This document shows, in pieces, positions 1-8,069 of a stretch of 64,000 bases of DNA. Both the position numbers and the translations under genes were made by a program. Under the pieces are notes generated by a model. The model did not search any database. It was not told the origin of the DNA and worked only from the letters and a program-made list of their open reading frames with translations. This stretch comes from Candidatus Microsaccharimonas sp. (GTDB lineage: Bacteria > Patescibacteriota > Saccharimonadia > Saccharimonadales > UBA4665). Within the stretch, counting starts at the first letter, position 1. The number at the start of each line of letters is the position of its first letter. Location: assembly GCA_035564115.1 (NCBI GenBank), contig DATMTN010000012.1, positions 25,673-89,672 on the forward strand, given 5' to 3'.

Positions 1-151
1 TCATGTTGCTGGTCGCATCTTCCTCCAGCGAGACGACAGCTTCCAAGATAGGAATGCCGGCTGTTAGCATGGTCGACAGATCGCTAAAAAGGCTGAGACG
101 TTCCTTTCCTTTGAGCCGAATTTTTGGATACTTCTTTACGTTATCAACCAC
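1..151 (-). CDS. pilC: Type IV pilus/T2SS platform protein PilC (GspF family), N-terminal fragment running off the window start
   Basis: Absent from the ORF track (<60 aa). A GTG at 151 lies 2 nt after the pilB stop. The translation VVDNVKKYPKIRLKGKERLSLFSDLSTMLTAGIPILEAVVSLEEDATSNM stays open to position 1 and resembles the GspF N-terminal motif (LSLFxxxLxxLLxAGIPxLEAL). Its position just downstream of pilB is canonical. Confidence 0.55.
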   Translation of the reverse strand, partial: MVDNVKKYPKIRLKGKERLSLFSDLSTMLTAGIPILEAVVSLEEDATSNM

Positions 152-153
152 AG

Positions 154-1845
154 CTATACCTCAGTTACCCGCAATATTTCAAGTAAGGTGGTCTCACCGT
201 TCAAGACTTTGTCGAGCCCATCGTCCAGCATGGTGTTCATACCATCGGCCACTGCCTGAGCCATCAGTGTGTCGCTGTCGGCACGTGCAGTGATAAGTTG
301 CGCCAGTTTGGGCGTGACTTCGAGCACTTCAAAGATACCAATCCGTCCCTGATAGCCGGTGTCATGGCAGGCTGTGCAGCCAGTCCCGTGATAGACACGG
401 ACTGCCGCCTTCTTGCCGAAGTGTTTGTCGACCATCTTGGCATCGAGGGCATTTAGGACGGCCGTTTGCTCACTGTTCCCAGCCCAGCCCTTGGTGGTGC
501 GCTTGAGCTCAATGCTAGCTTTACAGTGGCTACATATCTGGCGTACCAGACGTTGCGCCACAATTACATTCACAGTTGATGCGGCCAAGAACGGCTCGAT
601 ACGCATGTCGACCAGACGTGGCAAGGTGGTGACGGCGTCGTTGGTGTGCATGGTGGAGAGCACTAGGTGCCCAGTCATAGCAGCATTGACCGCAATATCT
701 GCCGTTTCTTCATCACGAATTTCACCCACGAACAGGACATCTGGGTCTTGCCGGAGCAGCGAGCGCAGGCCCTCGCTGAAAGTAAGGTTCGTCTTGGCAT
801 TGGCTTGAATCTGGTTGATGCCGTCCAGCTCATACTCGACTGGGTCCTCGATAGTGGCGATGTTACGGTCGCGGGTGTTGAGGATCTTCAGGATGGCGTA
901 CATAGTGGTTGTCTTGCCGGAGCCGGTTGGGCCAGTCGATAGAATCATGCCAAATGGTCGGCTAAAACCATCACGCACTTGCTGGAGGTCGTCTTGGCTC
1001 ATGCCCAAATCTGTCAGGCTGAACTGCCGGCTGTGCTTGGCGAGCAGTCGCATCACGACCTTTTCGCCCATTACATTCGGCACGATCGATACACGAACGG
1101 TTAGCTGTTCATCGTTAATGGTGACGTGTAGTCTGCCATCCTGGGCGCTCAAGTGCTCATCGGTGCGCAAGCGGGCTAAGACTTTTAAGCGAGTAACAAT
1201 TTGGTCGTGGATTTTCTTCGGGAAAAATACTTCGTCGTGTAGCACGCCATCGATACGAAAACGTACCACCGTTTGTTCGCGTAGTGGTTCGATATGCAAA
1301 TCTGAAGCACGAGCATCGTAGGCGTACTCAAAGAGCTTATCGACGAGCTTGGCAATGGGCTCATTGCTGTTCTGCGACTTGGCAAGTAGATCGTCGAAAA
1401 CTGCCTGTAGGTCTTGCTTGTAGAGGTGCAGTGCGGCAGCGATGCCCGGTTCAGTCGCAAACGATACTTTGTATTCAGCTGCACCAACTTTCTTGGCCAG
1501 CATGGCAAATAGGTCTTCAGCATCGGGCTGATTACTAGCAATATGTAAAGTGCCACTAGTGAACTCAAACGGTACGGTACGGTACTCGGCGGCAACTTGT
1601 TCGGGAATGAGCTTCAGCACCTGCTCGGAGATGTTAACTTTGCTTAACGATACGTAAGGCATCTGATAGTGGTAAGCAATAACCTTGCCAACCTCGTCTT
1701 CGTTCAGATAGTCGTGCTGAATCAGTGCCTCGTACAAGCTGGTCTGCTCGCGCTTGGCATCGACCTTCGCAGCCTCGAGTTTCGGTGCAGGTAAATACTT
1801 CAGATGCTCGAGCACCTTGGCTAGCTCATCATCGGTCAGTGTCAT
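154..1845 (-). CDS. pilB: Type IV pilus assembly ATPase PilB (GspE family)
   Basis: 563-aa ORF with a T2SSE_N-like N-terminus and Walker A GPTGSGKTT. The GspE core (VGEIRDEETA, LVLSTMHTNDA) and the C-terminal tetracysteine CSHC...CTAC are present. pilC follows directly. Confidence 0.9.
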   Translation of the reverse strand: MTLTDDELAKVLEHLKYLPAPKLEAAKVDAKREQTSLYEALIQHDYLNEDEVGKVIAYHYQMPYVSLSKVNISEQVLKLIPEQVAAEYRTVPFEFTSGTLHIASNQPDAEDLFAMLAKKVGAAEYKVSFATEPGIAAALHLYKQDLQAVFDDLLAKSQNSNEPIAKLVDKLFEYAYDARASDLHIEPLREQTVVRFRIDGVLHDEVFFPKKIHDQIVTRLKVLARLRTDEHLSAQDGRLHVTINDEQLTVRVSIVPNVMGEKVVMRLLAKHSRQFSLTDLGMSQDDLQQVRDGFSRPFGMILSTGPTGSGKTTTMYAILKILNTRDRNIATIEDPVEYELDGINQIQANAKTNLTFSEGLRSLLRQDPDVLFVGEIRDEETADIAVNAAMTGHLVLSTMHTNDAVTTLPRLVDMRIEPFLAASTVNVIVAQRLVRQICSHCKASIELKRTTKGWAGNSEQTAVLNALDAKMVDKHFGKKAAVRVYHGTGCTACHDTGYQGRIGIFEVLEVTPKLAQLITARADSDTLMAQAVADGMNTMLDDGLDKVLNGETTLLEILRVTEV

Positions 1846-1874
1846 AGTTGTACGGTTCCACCCTCTGTTGCTCC

Positions 1875-1894
1875 GGAGTCGTTATCACGACTCC
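1875..1894 (-). promoter_or_regulatory. Inverted repeat/hairpin in the predicted pilB 5' leader
   Basis: Perfect inverted repeat GGAGTCG-N6-CGACTCC. It lies between a minus-strand extended -10 (TGCTACAAT, plus-strand coordinates 1908-1916) and the pilB ATG at 1845. Confidence 0.3.
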
Positions 1895-1973
1895 ACGTAT
1901 CAGATGTATTGTAGCAATGCGCTCGTGCTTTTACCAATGTTTTTTGGCCCTCGAACTGCTATAGTAAGCGGTA

Positions 1974-2903
1974 ATGCTTCCGAAGCGTACGACCTCACTC
2001 ATTCGCACGAATGTTCTCGGTGTGACAATTTTGTCACTTGCAGCGCTTGTGCTCGGCTTAGTCGTCTTCTCAAAGGCCAGTGTTGTGTTCATCGTCGCGC
2101 TCATACTGGCCGAGTTTGTTTTGTTCATGCTTTTTTGGCAATCACTACGCACGAAGCATCGGGCATTCGAAGAGTCCAAGGACGAATTCGTCTCACTTGT
2201 TTCGCACCAGCTGCGGACACCGCTCACGTCGATGCGCTTATTCGTCGAGATGTTGCTCGATGGCCAGGTTGGGGAGCTCAATGCCAAACAGCACGAATAT
2301 TTGCGTATGGTAGAAATTTCGACTGGTCGGATGGTCGACTTAGTAAGTGATTTTTTGAACGCTTCAAAATTGGAGCTCGGACGCATGGAGATACGGCCAC
2401 AGCCAACACACCTAGAGGACCTCGTAGAAAGTATTGTGAAGAACCTGCGTCCCTTGGCTGATCAGCAGCGGCTAACAATTGTCTATGACAAACAAGAGCT
2501 TCCCGAGGTTGCCGTCGAACCAACACTCTACAGTCAGATTGTAAATAACCTCTTAAGTAATGCGTTGCACTACACGCCAGACGGCGGCACTATAACCGTT
2601 CGTTTAGTGCAGAATGCCAATGGCTATCAGCTAGATGTCACGGATACGGGCATCGGCATTCCGTTTGGGGCTCAGGCCGAACTGTTTAAGCGATTTTATC
2701 GTGCGGACAATGCCAAACATGTACTGGGTGAAGGCTCTGGACTGGGCTTGTATCTCATCAAGCGTATCGTTGACACTTGTGGCGGGCGGGTCTGGTACGA
2801 AAGTACCGAAGGCAAAGGGACTACGTTTCATGTTATAATTCCCTCAACAGGGATGGTTCCGACCACCACTAAACCAACCAAGCAAAAGGGCAGAGCTGCC
2901 TAA
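1974..2903 (+). CDS. Sensor histidine kinase with two N-terminal TM helices and almost no external loop (intramembrane-sensing type)
   Basis: H-box SLVSHQLRTPLTS, N-box LLSNALHYTP, G1 VTDTGIGIP and G2 GSGLGLYLIK are all present. The N-terminus is hydrophobic. Confidence 0.85.
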   Translation: MLPKRTTSLIRTNVLGVTILSLAALVLGLVVFSKASVVFIVALILAEFVLFMLFWQSLRTKHRAFEESKDEFVSLVSHQLRTPLTSMRLFVEMLLDGQVGELNAKQHEYLRMVEISTGRMVDLVSDFLNASKLELGRMEIRPQPTHLEDLVESIVKNLRPLADQQRLTIVYDKQELPEVAVEPTLYSQIVNNLLSNALHYTPDGGTITVRLVQNANGYQLDVTDTGIGIPFGAQAELFKRFYRADNAKHVLGEGSGLGLYLIKRIVDTCGGRVWYESTEGKGTTFHVIIPSTGMVPTTTKPTKQKGRAA

Positions 2904-2911
2904 GGGAGCGC

Positions 2912-3292
2912 ATGGAACCGCAGAATAAAAAGACGATTCTACTGGCTGATGACGAACAGTTTATCGTCATAGCCTACAAGGACGGCCTAGAGCGCGCAGG
3001 CTACAGTGTGGTGGTGGCGCACGATGGAGAGGAAGCGCTGCAGCAGGCTCAGGCTACTCATCCTGACCTAATCTTGCTTGATCTCATTATGCCTAAAATG
3101 AATGGTTTCGAGGTACTCCGCAGCCTTAAAGAGGATGCCAACTGTGCCACTATTCCAGTGGTTGTACTCACCAATCTGAGCCAGAGTAATGACGAAGAAG
3201 AGGCGCGGACAGCTGGCGCTGTGGATTTTGTGGTCAAGGCCGATATTTCCTTGAAGGACTTGTTGGCGCGGATTGAGCATATCTTCGCCTGA
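2912..3292 (+). CDS. Stand-alone response-regulator receiver (CheY-like, no output domain)
   Basis: 126 aa. It has the acidic pocket LLADDE, the phospho-acceptor context ILLDLIMPKMNG, and conserved T (VVLTN) and K (FVVKAD). Confidence 0.85.
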   Translation: MEPQNKKTILLADDEQFIVIAYKDGLERAGYSVVVAHDGEEALQQAQATHPDLILLDLIMPKMNGFEVLRSLKEDANCATIPVVVLTNLSQSNDEEEARTAGAVDFVVKADISLKDLLARIEHIFA

Positions 3293-3348
3293 TACGGACA
3301 CACTACTCTTTAAAATATAGTAAAATCCTGGTATAATATATATTACGT

Positions 3349-4305
3349 ATGACTATCAAACGACCGATTTTATCTGTTGTCGTTCCGCTCTATAACGAAG
3401 CGGCTGGTATTGAGACGTTTTATCAGGCTTTGCATGGGGTGCTCGAGGCGCTCCAGATCGAGTACGAGATCATCTTTTGTAACGATGGGAGCCGGGATGA
3501 TACGCTTGCCATTATTCGGCGGCTAGCAAAACAGGATCGAGCGGTTCGTTACCTGAGCCTGACACGTAACTTTGGTAAAGAGCTGGCCGTAACTGCCGGT
3601 ATCCATGCTGCCCGTGGGAAAGCGATACTCATGCTTGATGCCGATGGCCAGCACCCAGTAAAGCGTATTCCGGAATTTATAGAACATTGGCGAGCTGGCG
3701 CTAAGGTAGTTGTCGGCATACGTACAGCCAATCGCCATCAAGCTCTCATCAAGAAACTAGGCTCGAGTACGTTTTATCGTCTGTTTAATAAGCTTTCGCA
3801 CACTCGGCTTGTACCAGGCTCCACTGATTTCCGACTTATCGACGAAACCGTTCAGCATGATTTTATTCGGCTCACTGAGCGTAATCGTATTACGCGGGGG
3901 CTTATCGACTGGCTCGGCTACAAACAGGAGTATATCTATTTCGAGGCCAATGATCGGATTGCCGGTGAAGCAACCTACTCGCTCGGTGGTCTACTCAAGT
4001 TGTCGATAGACAGTGTCGTATCGTTGAGCGTGTCACCACTGTTCGTGGTGGCGTATATCGGCGCTGTAGTCCTGCCTCTTTCATTGCTCATCGGACTCGG
4101 AATGGTGGTAAATTTGCTGTTTGGTGACCCACTGGGCCTGCACGCGACGGGCGGAGCCTATGTGGCAGTGTTGACGCTCTGTCTGGTCGGTATCCTCATG
4201 GTCTCGCAGGGTGTTATCGGTCTCTACCTATCGCATATTCATGCCGAGTCACAGAATCGTCCTCTCTATCTTATCGATCGTGATAACTCATCTGACAAGT
4301 TATGA
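3349..4305 (+). CDS. Family 2 glycosyltransferase, polyprenyl-phosphate sugar synthase type (GtrB/ArnC/DPM1-like)
   Basis: N-terminal GT-A motifs VVVPLYNE, CNDGSRDDT and LDADGQH. Two C-terminal TM helices follow, as in GtrB/ArnC. Confidence 0.8.
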   Translation: MTIKRPILSVVVPLYNEAAGIETFYQALHGVLEALQIEYEIIFCNDGSRDDTLAIIRRLAKQDRAVRYLSLTRNFGKELAVTAGIHAARGKAILMLDADGQHPVKRIPEFIEHWRAGAKVVVGIRTANRHQALIKKLGSSTFYRLFNKLSHTRLVPGSTDFRLIDETVQHDFIRLTERNRITRGLIDWLGYKQEYIYFEANDRIAGEATYSLGGLLKLSIDSVVSLSVSPLFVVAYIGAVVLPLSLLIGLGMVVNLLFGDPLGLHATGGAYVAVLTLCLVGILMVSQGVIGLYLSHIHAESQNRPLYLIDRDNSSDKL

Positions 4306-4718
4306 GGCAACTGCTTGATCGCTATCTAAGCCCACAGATGCAACGCTATCTGGTGGTTGGTGGAGGCGTGTATTTACTGGAGCTAGGGGTGATACTTCTT
4401 GCGCAGGCCGCTGGTACCTCCTCGGTCTGGGCGGTTGGTATTGCCTTCTGGGTCGGACTGGTCGTCTCCTTCGTGCTACAAAAGTTTGTGACATTTGGCG
4501 ACAAACGGACGCACCACAAAGTCGTATTCAAGCAGGTTACGGCCGTCTCGGCACTGGTGTTGTGGAACTTCCTGTTCACCGTGCTGTGCACCAAACTTCT
4601 GCAACACGCCTTGCCGGCGGTGGTTATCCGGACCGCTGCGTTGCTAGTCACGACACTGTGGAATTTTTATCTGTATAAGACGAGCATTTTTCGTGAGCCG
4701 GAAAACCCGATATACTAG
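4302..4718 (+). CDS. GtrA-family small membrane protein
   Basis: 138 aa with four hydrophobic helices. Its start overlaps the GT2 stop (ATGA). The size and neighbourhood are typical of GtrA. Confidence 0.75.
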   Translation: MRQLLDRYLSPQMQRYLVVGGGVYLLELGVILLAQAAGTSSVWAVGIAFWVGLVVSFVLQKFVTFGDKRTHHKVVFKQVTAVSALVLWNFLFTVLCTKLLQHALPAVVIRTAALLVTTLWNFYLYKTSIFREPENPIY

Positions 4719-4760
4719 AGAAAAATTGGTCACACTGTAGGTTGGCCACCAAGGATAACA

Positions 4761-7415
4761 ATGCCGAAGACGACCGCTCAGGCCAAACAATCTAAACATG
4801 CACCCAAGCCTCAGCCACTTACGAGGCTTGAACGAGTTACAAATAACCGCTGGGTTGGCCGTATTTTTGTGACAGTCGCTTTGAGTGCAGCGCTAGCCAC
4901 GACTTGTCTATGGGCAATTCTCGGCGCCAGTCTTCAAAATAATAATGCCGATCAACTAGTCGACAGCTACTTGTTTGAAAACGCGCAGACGGTGCATGGG
5001 GCTAGCTTTCCAGGGCAACACACGTTTCTATTCAAGTGGCCATTGTTCTGGTTGCAACATGTGTTCGGGTATACACCAACTGGATTTATAGTCCTCACCA
5101 CGCTAGTCGTGTTAGTGACTGTCGGCGGGCTGGCATACCTGTTGTGGCGTATCGAGCGACGACCCTTTATGTTCGGTCTGCTGTGTTTGGCGTTAGCATC
5201 GGCCTTGTTGCTCGTGCCACCAGTACCATATCCGGGCGCCTTACTCCCAGTAAATATGGCCATGCTGACCACTCGTAACCTCGAGTACCTACTGTATATT
5301 CTTGGCTTGGTTCTAGTCGCCGGCATAACTCAGATACGTAGCAAACGATTCGTGGCCGGGGTAGGTTGCCTGGGCTTGTTATTCGCAAGTGATCGACTGT
5401 TTGGAACGCTCAGTCTGGGCGGTTCGGTAGTAGGGCTGGTTGCCTACGGCCTTACGAAGCGTCTTGAGCTTCGACGATTGGCATGGCGATGGCTTATAGC
5501 TTCAATGTTGGGGCTTATAGTCGCCTCAATATTTTTGGCGTTACTAGATAGCACTGGTGTGGTACATATCGTCGGTCAGTCGACAACAACCCCATACGGC
5601 CTGGTGCCGAGCTTGCGAAAGTTTGTGCTGGGTAGTATCTATGCGCTATTTGCGTTCTTTACTAATCTGGGCGCTAATCCGGCAGCAAGCGCCACAACCC
5701 TGGCTGCTGCGCCGCAAACAGTAAGAGCAGAGATTTTTAGTGTTGGGGGATTCGCTTACCTTATTAATGGATGTCTGTTGGTGGTAGGGCTGTGGGCCTG
5801 CTTACAAGTACTACGCACGAGCTTCAGCAATGTAGCAACCAAGCCCAAGAAGAAGCCGGTACTCCTGCCTCTAGGCACACGGCTCGCCCTAATGCTCATA
5901 GCCAGCACGGTTGTGGCGGCTGCGTCATATGTGGTTACGAATCACGAGTATCTCGTCGATAGTCGCTATCTGACAATTGAGTTTTTTGCAGTATTTGTAT
6001 CTATTGCCGTCTATAGCCGGACAAAACGACTGCAACCGCAACTCATCTTCGCGGCGAGTGCAGTATTGCTATGTGCGCTGCTCGGCGGCAGCTACCTTGT
6101 ATCGCACACAAACGCTAGGAATAGCCAGGCGTTGTCCACGCAACAAAGTCGAAATAGTCTGATTGTCGCTGCTTTAAAAGGGCACCCTACAGAAGTGGTC
6201 GTCGGGGACTACTGGCGCGTGTTGCCACTGAAACTGGCCGCTACCAATCACCAAAAAGTATTGCCACTTGCGAGCTGTACAACGCCGCGGAATGCACTAA
6301 CAAGTGATGCCTGGCAGCCCGACCTCCGATACCATAGTTTTACCTATGTACTGACTCTGGATGGGGCCACTAAAGATTTCACTGGCTGTACGCTCGAGCA
6401 AGTGATTCATGCATACGGTAGGCCGAATGCTAGTACCGTTATTGCGGGGACGAACGAGAAACCCCGGGAAGTCATTTTGTTCTACGATAAGGGCATCCGT
6501 CCCGCTGACAAACGGCCAGTTGTCCCGTCACTAACTGCCAGCTCCAGCATTCTTCACCCGATATCAATCAAAAATTTGAAGCATACGACCTGTCCGGGAC
6601 ATTCCACTATTATGCAAGTTGTAGCCCACGAAGACGACGATTTGTTATTTATGAACCCTGACTTGGAACATGCTATCCAAGCCGGCGACTGCGTGCGAAC
6701 TGTCTATGTTACGGCTGGCGATGCAGGGAGCGGTAAATTCTACTGGCTTGGACGAGAGCAGGGCTCACAAGCGGCCTATAGCGCATTTACGAACACTTCA
6801 AATCTTTGGCAAGAGCAGACTACTAAGATCGCTGATCACGAATTTGCCACAGTCAGCATGCCAGTTAGAGGTGGTCAGCTGTCGCTGATATTCTTGCACT
6901 TACCTGATGGTAGCCCAAGTGGGCAAGGCTTTGGAGCTTCCAATTTCGAGAGCCTTGCGAAGCTTAAGAATCAGTCTATCGGTACCATTCATTCGGTAGA
7001 CCATCAATCCTACTACAGTGCGCAAGAGCTCGTGGCGGCCCTCACCAATCTTATGGATGTGTACCAGCCTGATGAAGTGCGTACGCAGCTCCCGTATAGT
7101 GCAAACATGGTCTACGCCGATCATAGTGATCATACGGCTGTCGGAGGCTTCACTACGGTCGCCTATGAGGCTTATGCCACCAGGCACCAATCATCGAAGA
7201 TCGCTTATTATGCCGGTTACCCAATCCATGCCTACGAGTCGAACGTGACAGGCTCGGACTTAGACCGCAAAGAGCGAGCATTTTTTGCCTACAGTGACTT
7301 CGATAAGGCTGCCTGTGCTAATGCTGTTATGTGCGATAAAAGCGGTGTGTATGGTGCTTATCTTACGAGACAATATCGCGTAGATGACTTAGCAGACCCC
7401 CAATTACCCCTGTAA
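4761..7415 (+). CDS. Large polytopic membrane protein (GT-C-like, unverified) fused to a C-terminal PIG-L/LmbE-family deacetylase domain
   Basis: 884 aa, of which roughly the first 450 aa contain many TM helices. The C-terminal part carries PIG-L motifs MQVVAHEDDDLLFMNPD, VTAGDAG and YADHSDHTAVG. Confidence 0.65.
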   Translation: MPKTTAQAKQSKHAPKPQPLTRLERVTNNRWVGRIFVTVALSAALATTCLWAILGASLQNNNADQLVDSYLFENAQTVHGASFPGQHTFLFKWPLFWLQHVFGYTPTGFIVLTTLVVLVTVGGLAYLLWRIERRPFMFGLLCLALASALLLVPPVPYPGALLPVNMAMLTTRNLEYLLYILGLVLVAGITQIRSKRFVAGVGCLGLLFASDRLFGTLSLGGSVVGLVAYGLTKRLELRRLAWRWLIASMLGLIVASIFLALLDSTGVVHIVGQSTTTPYGLVPSLRKFVLGSIYALFAFFTNLGANPAASATTLAAAPQTVRAEIFSVGGFAYLINGCLLVVGLWACLQVLRTSFSNVATKPKKKPVLLPLGTRLALMLIASTVVAAASYVVTNHEYLVDSRYLTIEFFAVFVSIAVYSRTKRLQPQLIFAASAVLLCALLGGSYLVSHTNARNSQALSTQQSRNSLIVAALKGHPTEVVVGDYWRVLPLKLAATNHQKVLPLASCTTPRNALTSDAWQPDLRYHSFTYVLTLDGATKDFTGCTLEQVIHAYGRPNASTVIAGTNEKPREVILFYDKGIRPADKRPVVPSLTASSSILHPISIKNLKHTTCPGHSTIMQVVAHEDDDLLFMNPDLEHAIQAGDCVRTVYVTAGDAGSGKFYWLGREQGSQAAYSAFTNTSNLWQEQTTKIADHEFATVSMPVRGGQLSLIFLHLPDGSPSGQGFGASNFESLAKLKNQSIGTIHSVDHQSYYSAQELVAALTNLMDVYQPDEVRTQLPYSANMVYADHSDHTAVGGFTTVAYEAYATRHQSSKIAYYAGYPIHAYESNVTGSDLDRKERAFFAYSDFDKAACANAVMCDKSGVYGAYLTRQYRVDDLADPQLPL

Positions 7416-7603
7416 TATGTGAGTTTTTTGCTCAGGGGTGTATACTGATTAGCGTAAGCATGAAACAAACATGAAAGCTATCATTCTAAAGCACCCACGG
7501 TTTTTGCCGGCGCTGACACTTGTCCTCCTTATCGCGAGCTCGACGACTGCCATGGCAGCGTCATAGCTCCTTCCGATTCGCACTTATTTGCTATACTACT
7601 CAC

Positions 7604-7987
7604 ATGAAGATTCTGAGTATCTCCGGATTTGCATGCTATGTTCAGGACTTGGCTAAGACCAGCGAGTTCTACGAAAGGCTTGGCTTCCGTCCAGGTAAGC
7701 AAGAGGCTGGTCGTATGACGTGCTATGTAAACTGGTTCTCCGTTGATTTTGTTGAGGTTAGCGCCGAAGACAAGAGCGAATTTGCCAAAGAAGCCAACCT
7801 TGAGAATAAGGGGGCAGGACTTTTTATCAACATCAGTGTTGATACTGTTGACGAGTTCTATGAAGGTATTATCGCGAAGGGTTTCACGCCATCAAGTGAA
7901 CCCCGTGATTGGCCCTGGGGGCGTCGCGAGTTCGTGCTCCGTGATCCAGATGGCTACAAGTTAGTATTTTTCCAAAAGATTAAATAA
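7604..7987 (+). CDS. VOC-family (glyoxalase/bleomycin-resistance fold) protein
   Basis: Trimmed from track ORF 7520 (TTG) to the ATG at 7604, which lies 6 nt after TGCTATACT. The sequence is MKILSISGFACYVQDLAKTSEFYERLGF...RDPDGYKLVFFQ. Confidence 0.7.
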   Translation: MKILSISGFACYVQDLAKTSEFYERLGFRPGKQEAGRMTCYVNWFSVDFVEVSAEDKSEFAKEANLENKGAGLFINISVDTVDEFYEGIIAKGFTPSSEPRDWPWGRREFVLRDPDGYKLVFFQKIK

Positions 7988-8019
7988 TAGTACATATTGA
8001 TTCGAAGCAGAGCTCTCAC

Positions 8020-8057
8020 AAAAAAACAGCGGCCATTAGCGGCCACTGTTTCGTTTT
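8020..8057. terminator. Bidirectional rho-independent terminator between convergent genes
   Basis: An A-run precedes the stem ACAGCGGCC / GGCCACTGT (8 bp plus 1 mismatch, 6-nt loop), and a T-rich run follows. Confidence 0.6.
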
Positions 8058-8069
8058 AGCTTCTATCGA

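Noticed and set aside
3-1595. Track ORFs overlapping pilB on either strand: 3-293, 264-452, 413-808, 667-942, 815-1321, 1185-1595 and 1284-1538. Many similar antisense or off-frame ORFs lie inside pheT, dnaE, uvrB, pepN, gap, tkt, trxB and other genes.
   Set aside because: They lie wholly within strongly motif-supported genes. Their composition is low-complexity or Arg/Ser/Cys-rich, as is typical of off-frame translation, and they lack start-site signals.
3290-4305. An alternative genetic code (UGA reassignment, as in some CPR lineages).
   Set aside because: TGA closes well-delimited genes at family-typical lengths (the receiver at 3292, GT2 at 4305, pheS, HIT, PNPOx, rnhB). No in-frame TGA interrupts the conserved genes, so the standard code 11 fits.
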